64,000 bases of DNA from the human T2T-CHM13v2.0 reference genome, Homo sapiens. Below are positions 13,627 through 29,085 of the stretch, one piece after another. The stretch lies in assembly GCF_009914755.1 (NCBI RefSeq), contig NC_060942.1; one strand, written 5' to 3'. The notes under the pieces are model-generated. The model was not told the origin of the DNA. It ran no database searches and was given only the letters and a program-made list of their open reading frames with translations. Both the position numbers and the translations under genes were made by a program. Within the stretch, counting starts at the first letter, position 1, and each line of letters opens with the position of its first letter.

Positions 13627-16129
13627 CATTTACACCCTCTTGTAAAAATAAAAAGAATTTTCAGTATAATGAATTTTCTCTCAGTATTCATTATATTTAT
13701 CGACTGAAAGATAGTAATGGGGTCATTTATTAGGCATTGCATAGTGTCTACTGCTGTAATCTGCATAAGTGACTATTGCAGAATTTTCTGCAGCAATTTT
13801 TTAAAGCCTAAACAAATAAAATGAAGAGAAATGCTCAGAGCAGGTGGGTGTTTAATAGTGACTTATTCCTCTGGTGATACAGATTCTATGGGTGCCTAAA
13901 TGGACACAGTGGTTTCATCCACAAGTGAGATTATTATGAAACTGCTATCATTCTGTCATGAATAATTGATCCTCTCACTGTTCAGGGGGGAAAAACAACA
14001 GATGTGATAAACAATGCAACAAATGTGACAAGGAGCTTAAAGTTTATTATTTTACTGCCTGTTATTTCAACATTTGTGAAGATGCCATAGGCAAAATCAC
14101 CCAATCCCTGCATGAATGTGTAAACTGCATGACACACAAAAGATTATAATTAAGTAATTTAACCCTAACTATCCAACGACCCTTCTGGGTTTTGTGGAAA
14201 AGCCCATTTCTAAGAGAACGCACAGAGCAGTGATGACTCTTTCTAGAACTGTGTAGTTAACAGAGTTTCTTTTTAGTTCTTCTTCCCTTTCATATCAATT
14301 GTCTTCTCACAGTTGACATCCTGTGTGCTCCAAGAGTCCAGACACCTGTGGAACCCATTGATCAGTCCAACTCAAGACCCTAATTACAAGGGTTCTACCC
14401 AGACATTCTCCTCAAGCTAAGCAGTATACTCAACACTTACCCGTCTTTCTTTCTACCAATCAAAGTCTTATTCTACTTCCTTGCCCTACTGTGCCAGCTT
14501 TTAGGAGGAAAGTAATCTGATTAAAATAAACTATATTAAATCCTATAATGAGAGCTCATAACTTTCTACTGATCTAGCTAATTGAAATCAGTATATTTTT
14601 AGAAAATAAACTTGAAATATGACCAAGATTTTGACAACTTCTTATATAGTCCACTTAACCTGCCAATTTCTGATGTCTTTTGAAAATCATAGCATACATC
14701 AGAAAAAATAGGATTCATGACCATTGAAGTTCTAGGTAAGAATCTTTAAAGATATATAAGCCTAAATAGTTTGTCATTATTTCTATAAATACAGATGGAT
14801 AAAGAAATAAATTATGAAAGAAGATAATACAATATTAAAAGCTGTATTTTCTAGAGCTCCTGGAAAGATGGAATTTTTCTTAAAAGAAAGATTCAGGGAG
14901 TAATGAAAAGAAGTCTTCCCAAAGTTTTGAATATGTAATTCAACAGGAAACAGAAAAATTTTTTGTAAATAACATTCTAAAAATAGGTGTTAAATAAAAA
15001 GTATCTATAGCAGAAAGAAGAAAAATAAAGGGGATTTGGTTACAAGAGGAGGAAAAAGAAAAGAAAGAAAGGAGAATTCTCAGTAGATGTCTGATAAGGC
15101 ATGACCCACTTAAATAGAACAAATCCACTCATAAAATGGACTCTAGGAACATTCTAAATCCCAGTTATGAGAAGTAGGTCCATTTTCTAGAATCACATGA
15201 TACAATTTTCATAGTATTTAATTGTTAACCAATATTTATGTGGTATCTACAACATGTGAAGCATTCTTTTTGATACTAAATCTAGAAAAAACAGACAAAA
15301 ATATTTGCCCTCATGTAGCATGTATTCTACTGAGGGAAACAAACAATAAATAAGCTAAAGAAGTAAATTTGTATTATGTTAGAGAGTAGAGAGTACTATG
15401 GCAGAATGCAAAACAGGGACTGGGAATAGAAAAAAAATGGGGGAAGAAGCAGTTTTAGAATTTGCATAGGAATGTGAGAAAGGTTTACATCAAGAACGTA
15501 GTGTGAGAGTAAGCCATATATATTGAGGGAAAGAGCATTCTAAGTAGGAGAAAGAATGAAATGCAAAGGCCCTGGTGCAGAAGGATGCCTGTTATGTTCA
15601 ATGAACTGTGAGGAGGCCAGTTTAACTGACAAGCAGTGAGTAATAGAGTATTAGGAGAGGAGGTCAGAAAGTGAGGGGCAGTGGATGGGACTTACTGATT
15701 ATTGTTTGGACCTTGGGTTTGTTTTGTTTGTTTTTTTTTTCCTGGTGAGGAAGAAAACCATCAGAGAGTATTGATCACACAAATGACATGATCTCTCTTA
15801 CATCTTAAGGTGATGGTTGCTACTGAGTTGAGGAAAGACAAAACAGGTGAGAATGGAAGCTGAGAGACTGCTCAGGAAGGAGGCTGTTGAGCTAACTGAA
15901 ACAAAAGAGAATGGTGTCTTGGGCTATAATGAAAGATACAGTGATTAAAATGATTGATTATTGTTATATTTTGAATGATGAGACAGTGAAATCTCCTATA
16001 ATGTTTCAGAAAGGAATGAGTCAAGGATCATGAGAAACTGTAGGGATAAAACATTTTTACTTCAGTGGGAAAAACTAAGAGTCAGATTTGAGACTGAGGC
16101 ATTCCCTTTGGGACATGTTAAGTTGGTGG

Positions 16130-16455
16130 TAAATGTATACCAAGTAACAATTTACCCCCAAATTTTCATCACTTACAGCAATGTAGTTTATGTACTTATC
16201 AAGTTACATATACACTATGGAATTGGATACCACTCTGCTTCTGTTTTCTTCTCTTTGGGACCAAAGCTTATGGTCAGCCTCTCTAACCAGAATGTTCCTA
16301 ATTACTGTGGTAGATGTAAAAAAGATATGAGAGTTCACACACTGCATCTTAAAACCTACTTAAACTGTGCATGCCACATTTAATTGGCCAAAAGAAGTCA
16401 TAAGGTTAGAACATCATCAAAGTGATGAAGTGGTATAATTTTCTCTTAGGGAGAA
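16130..16455 (-). mobile_element. MaLR LTR (MLT1I-like)
   Basis: gtaacaa...cccccaaattttcatcacttacagcaa and attggccaaaagaagtcat motifs. Confidence 0.6.
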
Positions 16456-16463
16456 AGCCAATT

Positions 16464-16490
16464 ATGATGATGATGATGATGATGATGATG
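16464..16490. repeat. (ATG)9 microsatellite
   Basis: Direct reading. Confidence 0.95.
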
Positions 16491-16948
16491 ACAATAATGG
16501 TGGCAATAATAGTAATGAAAATAATAAGAAAGCTTACTACAACATCCAAGTAGAGATTTAAAGAAGACAATTGTATATGTTAGCCTGGTATTCAGAAGAC
16601 AGGTTTAGGCTGAAGATATAAAATTAAGAGTCATTACACTTAGTTAATATTTAAAGCTATGAGACTAAATTGATAACCAAAGAATGAGTGTAAAGAAAAA
16701 AGGGAAAAAGTCCAAGAACTGAGCTCTGAACCAGTCAATATTTAGAGGTTAGGGAGATGGGAAAGAATAAGCAGTCAAAGCTAAGATGGAGAATGTGGTG
16801 TGGAATAGTGAAAACAAGAGAGTACTTCACAAAAGTCAATTAAGATGACACCAATGATTCATCATTAAATATAACAACATGGTCATCACCAAGGGCTTTA
16901 AAATAATGAAGTGGGGAATAGGAGGGGAGACAAAATCCTCATAACAAT

Positions 16949-17334
16949 TGTAATGAGAACAACCTGGAATCATCTTAAAAATCCTTTCCCCAAACGGGAA
17001 GGGAGCTGAGAGACCAAAGAGTGACTGGGACAAGTCCAGTTTGGTGAGTAGATGAGTTTACTAGGACTTATATACAAGGCACTCCTGGGTGGCAGAAGAA
17101 CAGATTTAGAGATCCTCCCTGCCTCCTATCTCTAAGCAGCTTTTAAGCTAATTTTCTGGCTCTTTGCCTGCTGCGTATGTGTGATAGGACTGTTTTCCTA
17201 AGTAGATTCTCAGATACTCTCTGATATGTTTGGGTTCTCAGGGACACCTGGTCCTTGGATGGGCACTATGCCTTTGGCTCAACCTAAGAGACATAAGCGC
17301 TCAAGTTACCTGGTCAGGGACCTGTCATACTATA
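16949..17334 (-). mobile_element. ERVL-class solo LTR (possibly LTR32-like)
   Basis: Starts TG, ends cata-ctata (decayed CA), 5-bp TSD acaat/gcaat, L2 host contiguous across it; family name tentative. Confidence 0.7.
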
Positions 17335-18343
17335 GCAATGGGTTCAAAAGAAAAATGGGAGAAGAATTAGAGGCAAGCATGTATAAGTTTGTTTTTTGGA
17401 ACTGTTTACATGAAAAAAAGAAAACTGATAATAGCTGAAAAGTGGGCTGAAAAGTTTTACTGTATTTTATTTTTTAATGTGACAAAAGAAAACAGTTACT
17501 GTGTATACTGGTAAAAAATGATTCAGTAAAATGGAAAAATTCATATTATGAGAGAATGGAGAAGAGATTAACTTCCAGCATGGCAGTATGAGAAGTTCTG
17601 TAGGCAATCTTCACAGAGAATCTAGAGAAAATTTAATAAAACAACCATTTAAAGTCTCCAGAAATGGTCCCAAGGGCACACAGCAAATAAAGAAATATCT
17701 ATTCAAGAATATCTACTGAAATTCAGTAAGAAAGTTGAGAGTCTGTGGTATTTTAACTAACACTGTTCAATCTCCTGCCCCTCACTCAGTGAGATAGAGA
17801 CTCTATTTCAGACTAGTGCAGTCAGAAACACAGGGCTCCTACTCTCACCAACTTCTAGTTGGGAGGATAACCTCTAAGAAGGAACAGAATGTCAGTGTTT
17901 TTCATCCTGCCACCAATTATCTTTTTTGAGGCTAAGTTATGGGTGTGGCCAAATTTGGGGGCTTCCCTTCTTCTGCCCAGCCCCAATTCATAAAATATAG
18001 GTTATACCTTGGAACAACATAGTCTAGAATACTGGGACCGTAATCATCCTTACCATGGTTCATAGGGTGGAAGGTGAATGCCAGGAGAGGCAGGCTAAGA
18101 GGATCTGAGACTACTGCCATCCCCCATCTAGTGTTCATCCCGTAATAAAGGCATATCATTCAGAGAGAAATATGCCATTGTCCTCATCCCCAACTCCAAA
18201 ACTGAGGCTCAACAATTTTGCCTGGGGTGAGAAGCAGGCAGTAACACCAATAGCTCCTAATCTTTTTTGTAAGAAACTAATTTAATTTGCAACATAATAC
18301 AGAGAAGTTCAAACCTAAGGGAACTATCAAAAACAGTGGTGGT

Positions 18344-18730
<387 letters not shown>

Positions 18731-20144
18731 CTAAACTGTAGCCTGATTAGTTTATCAGAGAGAACCAAGGAAGGAGACATCCAGAAGTTTAACTGTTATT
18801 TGAAAAATATCAAAGACTGACCTTGGAAGCTATCTCTTCAAAGGACTGTAGATTTGATTAGATTAGTCTACAGAACAATTTATGCCTCAAAAGCATTGTT
18901 GAACACACTAGGGCATTTGGCAGATAATTAATGGAGCTTAACAAGTAGGTGTGGTCAGGGAAAGTGACAGTAAAAGAGACAGCTCTGCCAAAAACACTGT
19001 AATTCCAGAGCAACCGTGGACACACCCAAGGTTGTCGCCTTCTGAGGAGGATCAAAGGCTTTTTCTTTGGAGTGAAATAGGCTTCACTAAAATTAAAATT
19101 ATACAGATAGTAACTGAACAACAACAACAACAACAAAAAGGCGAATAACAATGACAAGCCCAGGAAGGGGAGTCTAGTACCTAAAATTGCTATAATATAT
19201 TATCTAAAATGTCCAATTTAAGAAAGTATGAGCCATACACTGGGGAATAAAAGTAGGCAACAGAAACTGCCTGTAACAGTGTACAGATGTCAGATTTAAC
19301 AGGAAAATACTTCAAAGTAGCCATTAGAAATATGTTCAAAGAACTAAAAAATATGGTTACAGAAGTAACAGAAGGTATGACAACAATGTTGGGTCAAATA
19401 CAATATATCAATAAATAAAAATTATAATAAAGAACCAAATGGAAATTCTAGAGTTAAATAGTATACAAATTGAAATAAATAATTTACTAGTGAGACTATA
19501 GATTTCAATTGGCATAAGAAAGCATTAGCCAACTTGAAAACAGAGCAATAGACTATTAAATCCAAAGAACAGAGAGGACAATATAAAGAAAAATGAGCAG
19601 AGTCTCAGAGAAGTGTGAAACATCAATTAGTGCAAGAACACATATTGGGAATATGAGGAGAGGAGAAGACAAATTATATGTATATATATTTTTTTCAATA
19701 AAATAATGGCTGTAAATTACACACATTTTAAGAAAAAGACCTTCCTCATTTCGGAAAAATCAATAAACTCTAAGGATAAACACACATTCATAAAAAGACA
19801 TGTCATAGTAAAAATGCTGGATGCAAAAAACAAGGATGAAATCTTACAAACAGTGAGAGAAAAATGATTTATTCACAAGGGAACTCCATTAAGATTAGCA
19901 GCTAACTTTTTGTCAAAAACAATGAAGACTAAAAGGCAGTGGGATAAAATATTTCAAGTGCAATTTGAAAAGTAAGCCAACCATGATTTCTATATCCAGT
20001 ATGGCTAACCTTCAAATATGAAGGTGTAAGAAAGACATTTCCCAGTAACAAAAACTGACAGGATTTTTTCTAGCTGATCTATCTTACAAGAAATACTAAA
20101 ATTCTTCATGCTAAAAGCAAGCGACCTCAAGCAGTAATTCAAAT

Positions 20145-20185
20145 ACACACACACACACGCACGCACACACACACACACACACACA
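20145..20185. repeat. Interrupted (CA)n microsatellite
   Basis: Direct reading; two CG interruptions. Confidence 0.95.
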
Positions 20186-20374
20186 GAGTGTGTAAGAACA
20201 TCAGTAAAGGTAATTATGTAAATTATTATCAAAGAGAGCATAAATGCATATTTCCCTTTCCTCTCTTAAGTAATTGAAAAAACAATTGTATTGAATAATA
20301 TATATATAATGCACTCAGCCTATAATATATAGAAATGTAATATATTTGTCAATAACAGAGAAAGAGGTGACTAA

Positions 20375-20656
<282 letters not shown>

Positions 20657-22329
20657 AAGAAATGTTATTTTAAAAAGTTAATAGTAACAAAGCTACAAAT
20701 ATTTACTTGTTTATATTTCTTCTCTTGTCTTCTTTATGGTCATAAAGTTATATAAAGTAATAATTTTAACAATGCATTGTTACATCTGTAACATTTATAA
20801 ATGTATATAACAATAATATCACAAAAAGGGAGGACAAGAAGAGAGCTATGTAGGAGTAATATTCTTATATCTCACTAGAAGTAGCATAAATCTGAAGCTG
20901 ATTCTTATAAATTAAAGTGCATAAGGTAAGCCCCTGAGCAATCACTATGGAAAAACCTACAATGGTTTTAATCATTAAAGAAATTAATTAATGTTCACTT
21001 AATGAAAAAGAAAGTAGTAAAAGAGGAAAAAAGGAAAAATAAGACATGAGATCTTAAAAAATAAAGTGCAGGCATAAATCCAGCTATGTCAATAATAGTG
21101 TTAAGCGTGAATAGATTCCAAAACCCAAACAAAAGGCAGGAAAATTTCAAACTGGATGAAAAAAGAAGATCCAGTTCTATGTTATCTACAGGAGACATAA
21201 TTTAGATTCAAAGACAATATAGATGGATAGTAAAGAAGAGAAAAAAAAACATATAAGGCCAATAGCAACAACAAGAATGCCCAAGTAGCTACATTAATGT
21301 CAGACAAAATAGACTTTAAGACAAACAAAAAAAAAATTACTGAGTTAAAGAGAAACATTTTATTGTGATAAAAGGGTCTATTCATCAGGAAGATCTAACA
21401 ATTATACATACATATATACCTAATAACAGCACCGAAATATATAAAGCAAAATTTTACAGAAAGGGAAAGTAGAAAATTTAACAATAGCAGTTTAAAATTT
21501 TCATACAGTATTATCAATAATGGAGAAAGAAACCAGGCAGAAGAACAAGAAGGAAATGAAACACGTCCATAACATAAAGCAACTAGACCTAACATACCTA
21601 TAGAATGCCATACCTAACGACAGCAGAATATGCATTCTTCTCAAGTGCTTACAGAACATCTCCCAAGATAGGGTATATGCTAGGTCATAAAATAAACCCC
21701 CACAAATTTTAAAAGACTGATACAATAATGGAATGGAATCATAAGTAAATACCTATGAGAATTTTTTGAGAATCACAGATTATGTGGACATTAAACAACA
21801 CACCCTTAAATGGTGGGGGGAAAGGATCAAAGAAGAAATCAAGAAGGAGAATAGAAAATATTTAAAATAAATGAAAAGGAAGACATAACCCACAAAAACT
21901 TATGGAATCCAAGTAAAGCAGTGCTTCAAGAAGAAGTAATAACTGTAAGTCCATATATTAAGATTCTCAAGTTAATAACCTAAACTGCCACTGACAGTTT
22001 AGCAGTTTGAGGCACTGACAAAAGAAGAGCAAACTAAACCTGTGGAAGTAGAAGGAATAAAATAAAAAGATTTGAGCAGAAATTGATAAGGTCTAGAAAA
22101 GTAATCAATAAAATCAACAAAACCAAAAGTTGGTTCTTTGAAAAGTATTAGCAAAATTCACAAATCTTTCGAAAGATTGGCCAAGCAAAAAAGGAAGAAG
22201 AGAATCAAAAATGAAAGAAAGATATCACTACGGACTTCTTTGCAGAAATAAAAAGGATTATGAAGAAATGGTATTTAAAAATGTACCAATTAGGTAAGTT
22301 AAATGAACAAATTCCCAGGAAGACAAAAA

Positions 22330-22707
22330 TCTCTCAATTGGCTGGTACTTCTATAACAAAATACCAAAAACTGGGTGATTTAAACAACATGCATTTGTTT
22401 ATCATAGTACTGAATGCTGGGAAGTCCAAGATCAGGGTGCCAGCATGGGGAAGTTCTTGGTGAAGGCCCTCTTCCTGATAAGCAGATTTTCTTGGTGAAT
22501 CCACACATGGCAGGGAAAGAAGTTCTGGTTTCTCTTTCTCATGTTATAAGGACAGTCATCCCATCATGGGGTCTCCACCCTTATCATCTCACCTAAACCT
22601 AATAACCTCTCAGAGGTTATAACCTCATCTCCTAACACCATCACATTGGGGATTAGGGGGGTTCAACATATAAATTTTAGGAGGACACAAACATGCAGTC
22701 CATAACA
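22330..22707 (-). mobile_element. MLT1A0-like MaLR solo LTR inside L1M
   Basis: Ends gacacaaacatgcagtccataaca; gaagtccaagatcagggtgccagca; 5-bp TSD aaaaa/caaaa. Confidence 0.85.
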
Positions 22708-22758
22708 CAAAACCTATTAAAATTGACTGAAAAAGAAATATACAATCTAATAGACATA

Positions 22759-23247
22759 TGTATTCATCAGTGTTCTTTAGAGAAACAGAATGAATAAAAT
22801 ATATATGTATATGTGTGTGAAGTGACTCATGGAATTTTGAAAGCTGACAAGTCCCAACATATGCATGCAGGGTGACTTGTCCAACCAGGGACTTAGAAGA
22901 GCCAATAGTTTTGCTTCAATTCAAGGTGAACAGGCTCAAGACTCAAGTAGACATGACGTTTCAGTTCAAGTCTGAGAGCAGGAAAAAAAGGCAATATTCC
23001 AGTCCAGAGATCATTAGGCAGGAAGAATTCTCTATTACTCAGGGAAGGGCCAGACTTTTTGTTCTATCCAGACCTTCAAATGATTGGAGGAGATCCACTC
23101 ACGCTTTAGAGGACAACCTGCTTTATTCAGTCTATCAATTTAAATATCAAACCCATCCAAAAACACTCTCACAGAAAAATAACATTCAACCAAATACCTG
23201 GACATCATTTGGCCCCATCTCGTTAACAAATAAAATTAACCATCACA
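22759..23247 (-). mobile_element. MLT2B-like ERVL solo LTR inside L1M
   Basis: tgtatt...aaaattaaccatcaca termini; degenerate TSD acata/gccta. Confidence 0.85.
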
Positions 23248-24365
23248 GCCTATAACAAAGAGATTGAATTCATAATAAAAAACTACCCACTAAGAAAATC
23301 TCAGGCCCAGATGGTTTCACTGGTGAATTCTAACATTTAAAAATAATTAATAGTAATTCTTCATAAATTTTTCCCAAAAATAGAAGAGAAGGGAACACTT
23401 TCCAAATAATTCTAAAGCCAGTAATACCCTGATACCAAAATCAGGTCAGAAAAGACCACAGACTATATGATTTTATTTATTGGAAATGTTCAGAAGAAGC
23501 AAATACTATATAAAGAGACAGACAGTAGGTTAGTAATTGTTTTGGTCTGGAGGGATGAGAGGATGGGGAATGATAGGTATATAGTATGAAGTTTCTATTT
23601 GAGGTGACATTCTAAATTTGATATTCTAAAATTGACTGATGATTGTTGCAAATAATAAATATAATAAAAACCATTGAATTCTGTACTTTAGAAAGGTGAA
23701 TTGTATGGTCTGAATTATTAGTCAATAAAGTTGCTAAAAAAAGGAAGATGAGTGAGTGTGGAGAGTTGCTCAGTTGATGGCCTTGTTAGAAGTATTGTCA
23801 GGACATTCACAGAAATAGGAAGGTAAGGCAGGACCAGAAAGTGTGTAAATGTGGTTTATAGGGCCTGTAGATCAAAACTGCCCCCCATACCAAGGTTCGC
23901 TGTATATGCTGCCAGTACTAGAGGGATGCTAATGTGAAGCTCTTCTTTCCCTGAGATATGTTTTGGACATCCCTCCCCAGGCCCTTTCCATATCTGATAC
24001 TGGAGCTTTGATCTCATATGCCTTACACACAGAGAAGAAACTCCTACCCCAGATTCAAGGGAATGCATCTTACTGTCATTTCAGGATGGCTTCCTGCCAA
24101 AACAAGTCAATCAGAATGGGAGGAGGTATCATGTGCTATCTGCCAGTGTAATTTATCTTTCCATGTAGCTATTGAAAACTATTCCAAGTGTGCCTGCATT
24201 ATAACCTAATCTATTGCTTATCTCTAAAAAACAACCTTTGTGCTCATCACAAATAAAACATGAAAATAATGATAGGGTCACTTTGTGGCTTTCTGTGAAG
24301 ATTAACTTAAATAATATATATAAAAAATTTGAAAGAGTGCATAGCCAATTGAAAGTATGGAAAGT

Positions 24366-24440
24366 GGCCCGGCACTCATGCCTGAGATTCCAGCACTTTG
24401 GGAGGCCAAGGACAACAAACCCAGTCCTCACCTCTTAAAA

Positions 24441-24471
<31 letters not shown>

Positions 24472-24495
24472 GAAGAAGAAAGGAAGAGGAGGGGA
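24366..24495 (+). mobile_element. Internally deleted Alu monomer with A21 and purine-rich tail
   Basis: ggcc...ccagcactttgggaggccaagg joined to the monomer 3' end, then A21 (24437-24457) and GAAAA/GAA repeats. Confidence 0.75.
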
Positions 24496-24924
24496 AACAA
24501 TGTGGAGAAAGAAAACTTTTGTTTGTTAATGTTTTTCCTCCTATAACCAACAACACTAGTTAAAAGTAATAAATAATCAGTTGATGACTAGTGGATGAGA
24601 CATCTCTAACTGTGAATTACAATGTAACTATATTATCCTCTGATCACATGTCTCAGGCTGAATTTGGCCCTGTACTATTCAATAATTCTAAATTATTACA
24701 TCATGCATTAGAATGATCCTAGATTAAATTTAAAGATTCTATATAACTAGAGCATGTAATTAATATATTACATGACACCATCAAAGTTCAACTGGTTCTC
24801 AACAGACTGGATGACCTAAAACAAGTCTGAAATTAAGAGGATTAGGTGGTATTTTTATAGTACAGTCACAGGATGGAAACTTGGCAACAACATGCAATAG
24901 TAGAAAAGCAACAAATTTGTTGGC

Positions 24925-25045
24925 AGTGTATGGATGTGTATTATGACTTGCTTGGTTACAAATTGGGAAATCTGGGGAATTTAATTTACTCAGATTTTTC
25001 ACCTGTAAATTAGGTGTAACTGGAAGAACAAATTACATCCCTCAA
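24925..25045 (+). mobile_element. MIR fragment
   Basis: ctcagatttttcacctgtaaat core. Confidence 0.5.
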
Positions 25046-25139
25046 TTTCTGGAGGTTGCTTATACAGAATTGCTTTCCTTCTCACAGAAAATAATGATAA
25101 TGACAGTACAGGAGGAAAAGGAGGAGGAGGAACTGTACT

Positions 25140-25545
25140 GTCACGAATACATTCAGCTACAAATAACAGAAAAATCCACTAAAATGCCTAAAACATACAA
25201 CTTGTATGCATATCTGTTTCACTGAACAAAAATTTCAGGGCAGGCTTTCCAGAAATGCTTCTGTATCCCAATCCTGTCGTTAAAGACAGAGGCTCCTCCT
25301 ATCTTCTTGTGGCTTTCCCCTAGGCCAGAGGTTACATGCTATGCCTCCAGGGATCACATCTCCATCCCAGGCAAGAAAAAGGGGAAGAGCAAAGGGAGGA
25401 GCATGACAGCCAGGACTGCCCATTTTAAAGATCTGGCATAGAATCCAGCATTCCCTCACAGTGCACTGGCAAAAACTGTTGTCATCCTGCTCCTTAGTAT
25501 AAGGTGGCTCAGGGGTCATGGGAGCTTAAAGAAAGCTGTTGAACC
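25140..25545 (-). mobile_element. Old MaLR LTR (MLT1J/K/L-like)
   Basis: cagctacaaataacagaaaa...ctccagggatcacatc...cccaggcaagaa. Confidence 0.6.
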
Positions 25546-25574
25546 TGCCAGAGAGCAAGGAGTGCTTCAGTATT

Positions 25575-25651
25575 AGACAGTGTGGGCATTTTACATACAT
25601 CAATTCACTTAGTCCTCTCAACAACCCTCATTTACCATGAGGAAACTGAGG
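25575..25651 (-). mobile_element. MIR, left half (right half at 35560-35670)
   Basis: tcctctcaacaaccct...atgaggaaactgagg continues as aaactgaggcacagaa...taagtgactt...aaggccac at 35560. Confidence 0.8.
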
Positions 25652-28670
<3,019 letters not shown>

Positions 28671-29066
28671 CCATATCCAAAAAAAAAAGATCTAAGCATT
28701 TCAAATTACCCAAATAAATATTTCTAAATTATTAGGATATAAGTGTGATTCTTGTTAATGAGCAATTTACTGTTGTTATAGCCAGCATATTAATTGTAGG
28801 TAAAAAACATAGAATAGTATTATGTGCTATATATGCTTCAGTCTCTTAGGTATCTACAATTACAGTATTTAAGGATATTTCTTATTTGGCTTGAAGGATA
28901 ATTTTATTATATCCAGGATCCTGGGGTATATATCTACAGCTTTATTTTTTCACCTGTTGGCATGCCTATAATTTATTTTGTACAAGTTTCTTACTTCAGA
29001 ATACAATATGTAATTAAACATGGCTTCTTTGGAAAAATAAATCACATCGATTCCAGGTAGGTAAGA
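28671..29066 (+). other. Putative L1 3'-transduced unique sequence
   Basis: Non-L1 AT-rich segment between the L1-A tail and a second A-rich tail; AATAAA at 29036-29041; enclosed by the outer TSD. Confidence 0.75.
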
Positions 29067-29085
29067 AAAAAAAGAAAAGAAAAGA

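Larger units (their letters stand above)
15215..17560 (-). mobile_element. L2a host element, interrupted by two LTRs; resumes ~23745-23800 after the L1M
   Basis: Antisense L2 3' end (aaccaatatttat...tgccctcatgtagc) and collinear purine-rich L2 body on both sides of each insert. Confidence 0.75.
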
